DNA from: an uncultured Mycoplasmatota bacterium
GTDB taxonomy: Bacteria > Bacillota_I > Bacilli_A > RF39 > UBA660
Assembly: GCA_946630615.1 (NCBI GenBank)
Contig: CAMOYX010000003.1
Coordinates: forward strand, 1-38,767
DNA: 38,767 bases
Direction of reading: 5' to 3'
Made by a program: the position numbers and the translations under genes
Shown here: positions 11,289 through 19,383 of the stretch, piece by piece
Layout of the letters: each line of letters opens with the position of its first letter
Numbering within the stretch: position 1 is the stretch's first letter
Notes under the pieces: model-generated
Databases searched by the model: none
Told to the model about the DNA's origin: nothing
Seen by the model: only the letters and a program-made list of their open reading frames with translations

Positions 11289-11315
11289 AAAAAAGTAGTT
11301 ACCAAAGTAACTACT
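11289..11315 (-). terminator. Intrinsic terminator ending the large ncRNA candidate
   Basis: 9-bp stem AGTAGTTAC-TTTG-GTAACTACT followed by TTTTTC. Confidence 0.8.
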
Positions 11316-11370
11316 ATTCTCTATGTATACTAAAATATGCTTAAATGAAAAAGATGTACATTAAGCATTA

Positions 11371-11398
11371 ACAAGGGAAACACTAAAGCGTCTCAACC
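11371..11398 (-). repeat. 28-nt hairpin repeat, copy 2 (GGTTGAGACGC-TTTA-GTGTTTCCCTTGT)
   Basis: 26/28 identical to 11792-11819; both differences lie in the hairpin loop. Confidence 0.9.
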
Positions 11399-11791
11399 TA
11401 ATATACTCAATATACATCCCATCATGTGAGATAAACTCACGAGTTTTTTTACTAACGTATTCATAACACTACTAAGCTTTCATGATGTAACTCAATAGCA
11501 ATTATAAAAGCCACACAGACAAACCCCACGCGCGTACTTTCCTATGGCCGTCCGATAACCCCGTCGGGTCCGACGCACCACAAGACAGTAATTAATCAGT
11601 TTGCTGCATTCATTAGTAACGTGTGGCTCTAAACTTTTTAAAACTATACCACAGCTATATCTACTAAAAGTTATGGAATAATACCATAATCCCAAAACAA
11701 TAAATCGTTTAGGAATCATAGTAAACTCTACATAACGAGTGATATAACTATAATACAATTCCTAAGCAGACCAGAACTAAAATTAGCAAAT

Positions 11792-11819
11792 ACAAGGGAA
11801 ACACCGAAGCGTCTCAACC
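11792..11819 (-). repeat. 28-nt hairpin repeat, copy 1 (GGTTGAGACGC-TTCG-GTGTTTCCCTTGT)
   Basis: C(UUCG)G tetraloop hairpin, 26/28 identical to 11371-11398. Confidence 0.9.
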
Positions 11820-11874
11820 AAGTACCAAAACGTTAACCTTAGTACCATGTCTATCCTATATTAGAACCATCTTA

Positions 11875-11903
11875 AATATACCAAACATATATTCATAAAT
11901 CAA
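11875..11903 (-). promoter_or_regulatory. Sigma-A promoter of the ncRNA candidate
   Basis: TTGATT (11903-11898)-17 bp-TATATT (11880-11875) with extended -10 TG. Confidence 0.7.
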
Positions 11904-11973
11904 TACTAAATTTTAATTTTTTTTCACTTTACATATTTAATTTACATTTTTAAAAAAATAAGAGTATAAACTC

Positions 11974-12555
11974 TTATTCTTTTTCATCTTTTAAAGTAAA
12001 ACTTTCAAGCTCTACATGTGTAGGCATTATAGCTTTCATCTCTTTAATTCTCTTTCTCTTAGATGCTTTCTTACCGCTTCTCTTAATTAAAATCATAAAA
12101 CTAATAATAGCAACTATAGCATATAAAATATTTAGAATAATAACTAAAGCATTTGCAATATCTAAATTAATTTCAGTAATAACTGGTGTTAATAAACTAT
12201 TTACAAACTCAAATGGTATTTTTAAAAGAATTACTATAAATACAATAATTAGTATGTCTAACACGTTAAAGAAATTAGTTTTAAAATCATTTCCTGTAAA
12301 TGTTGATAAGAATTCCTCTAATCCTAAGTAAATATTTTTAAATTCATTGTAAAAGAATCCTCTTTTACTATTTAATTTATTAACATCTATACCATGCTTA
12401 CTATATATTTCTTTAATAGTATTTTTATAATCTATATCAAGCTTACCATCACTTTTTTCATACTTATTAGATAAAATGTTAAGTTCTTCATTTATTACCT
12501 TATCATCTAATATATATAATTCTCTTTTAATCTTTTCAAATACTTCTTCTTTCAT
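11974..12555 (-). CDS. Hypothetical membrane protein (2 TM)
   Basis: 193-aa ORF, translationally coupled (ATGA overlap) to the upstream gene, two hydrophobic helices. Confidence 0.7.
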   Translation of the reverse strand: MKEEVFEKIKRELYILDDKVINEELNILSNKYEKSDGKLDIDYKNTIKEIYSKHGIDVNKLNSKRGFFYNEFKNIYLGLEEFLSTFTGNDFKTNFFNVLDILIIVFIVILLKIPFEFVNSLLTPVITEINLDIANALVIILNILYAIVAIISFMILIKRSGKKASKRKRIKEMKAIMPTHVELESFTLKDEKE

Positions 12556-14255
12556 CTTCCTTGCCTTCCTATCGATATCTTCTTATACGATTCAATCTTA
12601 GAACGTTTAACATCACTTACAATAGTAACATCCTTATCTTTTGTTGTTACAGTCTCATAATGAACAACTCTTATAATATCACTATTATCTTCTTTAATTT
12701 CATTTTGATTCATATCTAAAATAAACATAGGAGTCTTATCTTCAAAGATTAAGTTCTCATCATTAATAAAATCTCTTCTTACCTCTTCATTCAAAAAATA
12801 AGTAACAGAATTTTTATTAACACTAGCAATATAGGTAATTAAATCAGTTGAATACTTATAAGAAGGTGCATGTGATACTTTACTAGAAAGAAGTAAATAT
12901 CTTTCATCCTTTAATACCTTAGGTCCTTTAAAAAACATATTCATCTTAATATTTAATATATCAATATTTAAATCTTTTAATCTATGTTCAATAACTCTAA
13001 CAGATTCTAATAATTCATCATTACTATGTAAATTTAAATCTTTTAAATATTTAAGTCTAAACATTACATTATTACTACTATTAATTATTTCTCTTAAATT
13101 ATCTAAATCTTTTGAACTAGGATTATTATTTAATATATATTTAGATACAAATCTATATTCAACTAATAAATCTCTATCTTCTTTATCTAAATGATTATAT
13201 TTGTTTTCTTTATCTTCTAATTCATCTAAATAAGATAATTCTCTTTTATTAGCAATATCTACTTCATCTCTATCATTAATCTTTAAATTATCAAATTCTA
13301 TAAAATAATCAGCTATAGTCCTAACATCTAAATCCGGTATAATTTCATATTTATCATGAATTCTCTTCTCTTCATTAAGATAGAATGTATCAAAGCTTAC
13401 TATTTTATTAATATTACTTCTACGTTTAATTTCTAATAATTCCATATCAATATTACGTCTTTTCTTAAATGGAATCTTACTACTTAACTCATTATTAACA
13501 AAATCAATCTCTTTATTTATTTCTTCAATTTCTAAAGGCATCTTAATTAATTCATATTTATTATTTAAATAATCACTATCAAGTTCTAGATCTTTTAAAT
13601 AATTAACTAACATACCTATATCAAGTTCAATAGCTTCTCTGTCATTTGCATCCCTAATTGCAGCTTTTAGCTTACTAAACTCTTCATCAAAATTCATTTC
13701 TAATGAAACTAAATCAGTAAAAAATATTTTATTATTGGTTTTATAATATTTATTCTTTAAATCATTTAGTTTTATAGATTTATCATAGTATTTATTAGTA
13801 ATAGTAACTAAATTATTATAAGTATCTACTTGGTTATGTAATTTAGTTAAAACTATTAAACATAATAAATTTAAAGTTCTCTTAATCTTTTTTAAATATT
13901 CATCACTATTATCTATATTATTCTTAAACATATTAATTTGTCTTTTAATCTCTATAAAATTAGTTTCTTCATTTAAAGATAAATTAATTCTAGGATTAGG
14001 AATTTTATAATCATCTAATATTAGATTTAAATGATACTTTGAATTATATTTCTTATAAAAATAATATTTATTTAAAAAATCTTCTAAATCATTATTATCG
14101 TTTGGAATAAAAATTCTGGATAAAGAACCATATACAGGATCCTTAAAAGAATAACTAACTCCAACGCCTAAAACACCATCATAAACATATGGTTCTCTTT
14201 TAGTAGAATAATAGCCAAATTTAATTAAAGTTTTATGTACTTCTTCTCTAGTCAT
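12552..14255 (-). CDS. Large hypothetical helical/coiled-coil protein
   Basis: Long open frame. Start moved to ATG 14255 (MTREEV) after GGGAG, which avoids the divergent promoter region. Confidence 0.75.
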   Translation of the reverse strand: MTREEVHKTLIKFGYYSTKREPYVYDGVLGVGVSYSFKDPVYGSLSRIFIPNDNNDLEDFLNKYYFYKKYNSKYHLNLILDDYKIPNPRINLSLNEETNFIEIKRQINMFKNNIDNSDEYLKKIKRTLNLLCLIVLTKLHNQVDTYNNLVTITNKYYDKSIKLNDLKNKYYKTNNKIFFTDLVSLEMNFDEEFSKLKAAIRDANDREAIELDIGMLVNYLKDLELDSDYLNNKYELIKMPLEIEEINKEIDFVNNELSSKIPFKKRRNIDMELLEIKRRSNINKIVSFDTFYLNEEKRIHDKYEIIPDLDVRTIADYFIEFDNLKINDRDEVDIANKRELSYLDELEDKENKYNHLDKEDRDLLVEYRFVSKYILNNNPSSKDLDNLREIINSSNNVMFRLKYLKDLNLHSNDELLESVRVIEHRLKDLNIDILNIKMNMFFKGPKVLKDERYLLLSSKVSHAPSYKYSTDLITYIASVNKNSVTYFLNEEVRRDFINDENLIFEDKTPMFILDMNQNEIKEDNSDIIRVVHYETVTTKDKDVTIVSDVKRSKIESYKKISIGRQGR

Positions 14256-14341
14256 ATAGCTCCCCATTTTCCAAAATAAGTATAACATAACAAAAAAACT
14301 TATACTAGATATGTTATAATACAAAAAAGGAGAAAAAATAA

Positions 14342-14878
14342 ATGAATAATAAAAATATAAATGGCTTAATAACTGACATAGGCCTACTAATACTAGGTAT
14401 AGTAATGGCTATAAATGCTAGTGCTCTACTAAATTTTATATTTAATTTAATAGGTATAGTATTCATAGTAATAGGAATAGTAAATATCATAAGAAATAAT
14501 AATAACAATATAGAAAAAAATATTGCTACCATAATCATGGGAGCAATAATACTTCTAGCATCTAACTTCTTTGTAAGTGCCATAAATGTAATAACAGGTA
14601 TTATATTAACCTTTATAGGTATAACAAAGCTAGTTAATTCTAAATATTACACAGTAATTAAAAGCAAATATATACTACAAATTGTTGGATCAATATTATT
14701 AATAATTCTAGGTTTATACTCAATATTTGCAGATAATATTATATTAAATATAATTGGAATACTTTTAATTATATATTCAGTACTTGATATAGCTAACTAT
14801 TACAATAAATTTAATAATAAACCAAATAACAAAAAATTAAATAGCAAAGTAATAGATGCAACATATAAAGAGAAATAA
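14342..14878 (+). CDS. DUF308/HdeD-like multi-pass membrane protein
   Basis: AAGGAG RBS, six short Gly-containing TMs in a repeated pattern. The only credible + strand gene. Confidence 0.75.
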   Translation: MNNKNINGLITDIGLLILGIVMAINASALLNFIFNLIGIVFIVIGIVNIIRNNNNNIEKNIATIIMGAIILLASNFFVSAINVITGIILTFIGITKLVNSKYYTVIKSKYILQIVGSILLIILGLYSIFADNIILNIIGILLIIYSVLDIANYYNKFNNKPNNKKLNSKVIDATYKEK

Positions 14879-14904
14879 AAAAAGTTCACTTAAAGTGAAC
14901 TTTT
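14877..14904. terminator. Bidirectional terminator between convergent genes
   Basis: AAAAGTTCACTT/AAGTGAACTTTT inverted repeat with A/T tracts on both sides. Confidence 0.75.
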
Positions 14905-15640
14905 ATTTTGTTTTCTTTGTAGAAGATTTCTTTTTTGTAGTTTTCTTTGCAGGAGTTTTCTTTGTAGTAGATGATTTACTACTAGTCTTTTTTGTTGTTT
15001 TATCTTCTTTTTTTGAAGTCTTTGGTTTTTCCACCTTTACTTCTTCAACTTCTACTTTAGTTTCTTCTACTTCCCTAGCTTCTTCTTTTTTCTTTAATTC
15101 TTTAACACTAGGTACTCCTGAGTCACCTTTTCTTGCAAATGTAACTGTAGCAATAACAAGTACTAGAATAATAAATCCAACAGCAACAATTCCTATAATA
15201 TCTTTATTGTTATTAGATTCTTCTACTTGACTTTCAGGTAATATAGAAGCCACTTTAGATACAAACTCATCATTTTTATAAGTATCATCAATTGCTTTTT
15301 TAATATCTTCATTATAAGATTCAGCATAACCATTCCATGTTTCATCACCAATTATAATATATGGAACACCATTAACTGTATCTCCCATAGCATCTGCAGC
15401 TTTTTCCATTAACTCTGCATTCTTGCTATTATTCCAAACCTCATAACTTTGTACTTTAAATTTATCTTTATAGTTATCATCTTCTGATAAAGTACCTAAG
15501 AAACTTAAAGCCTTCTTACAATAAGTACAAGTCTCTCCTCTAAAAACATAAACAGTAACTTCTTTAGCATTACATACATTTGGTAATAAAACTAAAGAAA
15601 AAATAGCTATAAATAAACTTAATAATAAATTCTTTTTCAT
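14903..15640 (-). CDS. Exported glutaredoxin/thioredoxin-like protein with C-terminal TM and Lys-rich tail
   Basis: Signal peptide, CTYC active site, GVPYIIIG cis-Pro motif, TM, then a K/T/S-rich tail. Confidence 0.75.
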   Translation of the reverse strand: MKKNLLLSLFIAIFSLVLLPNVCNAKEVTVYVFRGETCTYCKKALSFLGTLSEDDNYKDKFKVQSYEVWNNSKNAELMEKAADAMGDTVNGVPYIIIGDETWNGYAESYNEDIKKAIDDTYKNDEFVSKVASILPESQVEESNNNKDIIGIVAVGFIILVLVIATVTFARKGDSGVPSVKELKKKEEAREVEETKVEVEEVKVEKPKTSKKEDKTTKKTSSKSSTTKKTPAKKTTKKKSSTKKTK

Positions 15641-15674
15641 ATAAATTTCTCCTCATGTGAAATTATAACAAATT

Positions 15675-15803
15675 CTAATTTAAAATACTATTACTTTCAA
15701 TAATACCAGCATCTATATTTTTATACATAGTAATTCCTAGCATTATTATAATGAAAATACCTAGAATAAAAAACAAAGATAACTTAAAAAAATCTCTCAA
15801 CAT
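15675..15803 (-). CDS. Unannotated 42-aa single-TM small protein (MLRDFFKLSLFFILGIFIIIMLGITMYKNIDAGIIESNSILN)
   Basis: AGGTGA RBS before ATG 15803, TAG at 15675-15677, clear hydrophobic helix, fills the intergenic gap. Confidence 0.6.
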   Translation of the reverse strand: MLRDFFKLSLFFILGIFIIIMLGITMYKNIDAGIIESNSILN

Positions 15804-15863
15804 AAATCACCTATTTATATATATAAACCATAAATATGATTATTATGTGAAAGATTTATGAAA

Positions 15864-16751
15864 CTAAAATAAGCTCATTTGATAATTAGTAGGAATTTCT
15901 TTTTTATAATCTCTTATTATGTCGTCCATATCAGTTAATATACCAACTTCATTACATCTATTAACAAATATTTCCATTAATCTTCGATATTGTAAGCTTG
16001 AAGCAAAATTTCTATTACCATATACAGATTCATAGTCTTTAGATAATCCAGGATATAAGATATCTAAAGCATTATAATAATATGATCTTTGATTAGTCTT
16101 TAAAGTAATACCCATCTTAGTATAAATAAACTTAGCATCCACTTCTTTTGACTTAGCAATAATATTATAAATATTATCTTCACTATCAGTTAAGAATGGT
16201 AATACAGGCATCATTAATACACCAGCGTATATACCAGCATTTCTAAGTTCCTTTAGTACAGCAAATCTCTTAGTAGAAGATATACAATTAGGTTCTATCT
16301 TCTTAGCTAATTCATTATCAAATGTTGTAATGCTAATCTTAACTATTACATTATTCTTTTTACTAATCTCAGAAAGTAAGTCTAAATCTCTTAATATTAA
16401 ATCACTCTTAGTATCTATTGAAACCCCAAAGCCATATTTATTTATCAACTCTAAAGCTCCACGTGTTAATTTTAAATGTTCTTCTTCAGGGTTATAAGGA
16501 TCAGATAAATTACCAAAAGACACAACACCTTTTAACTTTTTATTCTTTAGCTCTTCCTCAAGTATTTCTAAAGCATTTTCTTTTGTTCTTACCTCATCGA
16601 AATTCTCTATCCTATATGATTCACAACGAGAAGAACAGTAAATACATCCTAAAGAGCAACCCTTATACAAGTTCATGTGGTAGTCGATTCCAAACCATCT
16701 ACTTCCCTCATTACTTCTTGTCATAATTGTTCTAGTTTTAATCTTTTCCAA
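15864..16751 (-). CDS. Radical SAM protein, SplB/DNA-repair-associated type
   Basis: NLYKGCSLGCIYC (CxxxCxxC), SDPYNPEE and TKSDLILRDLD motifs, C-terminal QMSLF. TTG start at 16751. Confidence 0.85.
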   Translation of the reverse strand: MEKIKTRTIMTRSNEGSRWFGIDYHMNLYKGCSLGCIYCSSRCESYRIENFDEVRTKENALEILEEELKNKKLKGVVSFGNLSDPYNPEEEHLKLTRGALELINKYGFGVSIDTKSDLILRDLDLLSEISKKNNVIVKISITTFDNELAKKIEPNCISSTKRFAVLKELRNAGIYAGVLMMPVLPFLTDSEDNIYNIIAKSKEVDAKFIYTKMGITLKTNQRSYYYNALDILYPGLSKDYESVYGNRNFASSLQYRRLMEIFVNRCNEVGILTDMDDIIRDYKKEIPTNYQMSLF

Positions 16752-16820
16752 ATCCCCACCACCAATCAATCAATTGTATTATAGCATTTTTCTATCATTA
16801 GTCAAAAAAAGAGAGTTAAG

Positions 16821-17549
16821 TTAACCTAAAAACTTGACTCTTTTTATTAAATTATTTGAAACCTCAACCACATTATAATCTCCATCAGCTAAAGGTATTC
16901 TTATAAATAATTCATATTTAATATTCTTATCATTCTTATAATAAGTCATCTCTTCATAATTAATAGATAAGGCATAACCTGGATATCCCTTTAAAAAAAT
17001 AGCATATCTAATCGCACCATCTACTTGAAAATATATATTAAAGAAAAAGAATAAAAGAACGACAATTAATAAACCATATAAATAATTAACTTTAGTATTT
17101 TTCTTACGCTTAACTATTTTAAAAACTAAATAAATAATTAATAATAAAAGAGTTATAAATGTTAAATAAACAAATGCATCTCCAAATATAATTCTAATAA
17201 ATACTATTAAAGTAAAATATAAAAGAATCTTTATTAAATAATATAAAGCTTTAATTTGAATCTTTCTTTTAATAGCTTTATGTAAAACATTAATTAAATA
17301 AAAACTATAAAAAGAATATAGTAAAATCCATAATATAAATAAGAACGTATTACTAGATAATAAATAATCCATATACACGATAGTTGAATAATTTAAACTA
17401 AATTTATTCTTTAAGATGAGTAAACTAACTATCATAGTAACAAAATTAATTAATGTAAGAACTATACTCATCTTATTAATCTTTTTACGATAAAGTAAAA
17501 AAGACTCTAAAAACACAAGTATAAATAGAATAAGAAAAACAAAAAACAT
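16821..17549 (-). CDS. Hypothetical multi-pass membrane protein
   Basis: About six hydrophobic segments, AGGTGA RBS. Confidence 0.7.
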   Translation of the reverse strand: MFFVFLILFILVFLESFLLYRKKINKMSIVLTLINFVTMIVSLLILKNKFSLNYSTIVYMDYLLSSNTFLFILWILLYSFYSFYLINVLHKAIKRKIQIKALYYLIKILLYFTLIVFIRIIFGDAFVYLTFITLLLLIIYLVFKIVKRKKNTKVNYLYGLLIVVLLFFFFNIYFQVDGAIRYAIFLKGYPGYALSINYEEMTYYKNDKNIKYELFIRIPLADGDYNVVEVSNNLIKRVKFLG

Positions 17550-17602
17550 TCTATCACCTTCAAAAGAATTATAAATTATTAAATATAAAAAAGAAAGATT
17601 TA

Positions 17603-18256
17603 CTAATCTTTCTTTTTAGCAATTAATCTTAATAACTTAACAAATAAGTTAATAAAATCTAAATATAAACTAAATGCTCCAAATATTGCTAAGTTTTCTT
17701 CAGGAATACTATTTTCTCTTTCAAGTCTTAATACATTTTGTACATCATATCCAATATATAAAACAAATACTAAAACTCCAAGTACAGATATTAATAAAGA
17801 AAATGAATCACTTCTTAAGAATAATATATTAATAACTGCCATTAATACCATACCTAATAAACCAACTAATAAGTAAGGTCCAAATTTAGTTAAATCTAAA
17901 TTAGTCTTCTCTGCAAAATAAGCAAAACTAATAAATAATAATGCTGTAGCAGCAAATACTAATATAACATTAGATAAATCATAATATTGGAATATAGCAG
18001 TAAAAGAAATTCCTGTTAATAAAGAATATAAGAAATACAATACTTTTAAAGTAGAAGCACTCATCTTTCTTATACCAATAGTTAATGAAATAGCAGCAGC
18101 TACTTCAGCTATAACCAAACCTATAACTAAAAATTTATTCTCTAAAAATAAATTATTAACACTTGGAACAACACTTAATGTAAATGCTGTAACAAATGTA
18201 ATAAATAAACCTAATGCTAAAAGTTTAAAACTTTTAGCTAATGTATTACTTCCCAT
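17603..18256 (-). CDS. Bax inhibitor-1/YccA family membrane protein
   Basis: Seven TMs, YIGYDVQ and AFSLYLDFINLF signature. Confidence 0.9.
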   Translation of the reverse strand: MGSNTLAKSFKLLALGLFITFVTAFTLSVVPSVNNLFLENKFLVIGLVIAEVAAAISLTIGIRKMSASTLKVLYFLYSLLTGISFTAIFQYYDLSNVILVFAATALLFISFAYFAEKTNLDLTKFGPYLLVGLLGMVLMAVINILFLRSDSFSLLISVLGVLVFVLYIGYDVQNVLRLERENSIPEENLAIFGAFSLYLDFINLFVKLLRLIAKKKD

Positions 18257-18264
18257 ATATCCTC

Positions 18265-19371
18265 CTATACATTAAATCTAAAGTAAACTATATCTCCATC
18301 TTGCATTAAATAATCTTTACCTTCTAAGTTAAGTTTACCAGCTTCTTGAACTTTCTTTTCATCACCAAGTTCTTCTAAATCATTAAACTTAATAATCTCA
18401 GCTCTAATAAATCCTCTTTCAATATCAGAGTGAATAAGTCCAGCACATTCTTTAGCACACATTCCTTTTCTAAAAGTCCAAGCTCTACATTCATCACTTC
18501 CTGCAGTAAAAAATGTTTGTAACCCAAGTAAATCATAAGTAGCAAATATTAACTTATCTAAACCAGAATAATTAATACCAAGACTTTCTAAGAATTCTTT
18601 CTTTTCACTTTCTTCCATCTCAGCCATTTCAGATTCCATCTTAGCACACATAACAATTACAGATGATTCTTCAGCACTAGCAAGGCTTCTTACTTCTTCA
18701 ACATATTTATTTGTTTGCAATACAGCATCATCTTCATTAACGTTAGCAACATAGATAATTGGCTTCGCTGTTAAAAATGAAAATCCTCTCATATAGATTA
18801 ATTCTTCTTCAGTAAAGCTATCCATTATAGTTCTAATAGCTTTGCCATTAGTTAAAGCATCATGACATTTAGATAAACAACTATATTCCAACTTAGCTTG
18901 TTTATCATTTCCTTGTTTAGCTTTTTTTTCAATCTTACTTAGTCTTTGATCAACTATCTCTAAATCAGCAAGTGATAACTCAACATTAATTATTTCTATA
19001 TCTCTTTTTGGATCTACTTCTCCAGCAACATGTATTACATCCTTATCATCAAAGCATCTTACTACTTCAACAATAGCGTCAGTCTCACGAATATTAGCTA
19101 AGAACTTATTTCCAAGTCCTTCACCTTTACTTGCTCCACTTACTAAACCAGCTATATCAGTAAATTCAAAACTTGTAGGCACAGTTCTTTTAGGTATATA
19201 CATATCCTCTAAGAACTGTAACCTAGAATCAGGAACAGTAACAACTCCAACATTTGGATCTATAGTTGCAAATGGATAATTTGCAGCTAATATATGTTTT
19301 TTAGTAATTGCATTAAACAAAGTTGACTTACCAACATTAGGTAGTCCAACTATTCCAGCTTTTAAACTCAT
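18265..19371 (-). CDS. ychF: Redox-regulated ATPase YchF (OLA1)
   Basis: GIVGLPNVGKSTLFN, ANYPFATIDPN, DIAGLV..AS.GEGLGNKFL motifs, TGS end YFRFNV. Confidence 0.97.
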   Translation of the reverse strand: MSLKAGIVGLPNVGKSTLFNAITKKHILAANYPFATIDPNVGVVTVPDSRLQFLEDMYIPKRTVPTSFEFTDIAGLVSGASKGEGLGNKFLANIRETDAIVEVVRCFDDKDVIHVAGEVDPKRDIEIINVELSLADLEIVDQRLSKIEKKAKQGNDKQAKLEYSCLSKCHDALTNGKAIRTIMDSFTEEELIYMRGFSFLTAKPIIYVANVNEDDAVLQTNKYVEEVRSLASAEESSVIVMCAKMESEMAEMEESEKKEFLESLGINYSGLDKLIFATYDLLGLQTFFTAGSDECRAWTFRKGMCAKECAGLIHSDIERGFIRAEIIKFNDLEELGDEKKVQEAGKLNLEGKDYLMQDGDIVYFRFNV

Positions 19372-19383
19372 TTATTTTCCCCC

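Larger units (their letters stand above)
11289..11869 (-). ncRNA. Large (~580 nt) highly structured ncRNA candidate (ROOL-like size; family unverified)
   Basis: Own promoter and terminator. 22-bp (11741-11762/11640-11661) and 16-bp (11403-11418/11353-11368) helices with G.U pairs that form only on the minus strand. GC-rich core, three putative pseudoknots and a duplicated hairpin. Confidence 0.8.

Noticed and set aside
11525-11585. AGGAAAGUAC as RNase P (GAGGAAAGUCC) or GUGCG as a group II intron start
   Set aside because: The RNase P 3' P4 strand (ACA.AA...GGCUUA) and group II domain V are not found, and there is no intron ORF.
11492-11758. 88-aa ORF inside the ncRNA candidate
   Set aside because: TTG start, atypical Cys/Arg/Tyr-rich composition, and its sequence is explained by long RNA helices. 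Probably spurious.
11371-11819. 28-nt repeat as a CRISPR array
   Set aside because: Only two copies, about 390 nt apart, with no spacer periodicity and no cas genes.
11289-11869. tmRNA, T-box, SRP or 6S identity
   Set aside because: No tRNA-like ends (GGGG...UUCGA...CCA), no T-box GGUGGNACC, no SRP GGAA/AGCAG loop, and it is three times too long for 6S.
14314-15230. ORFs 14314-14583 (-) and 14856-15230 (+)
   Set aside because: Antisense to better-supported genes. The Phe/Val richness mirrors the Lys-rich tail on the other strand.
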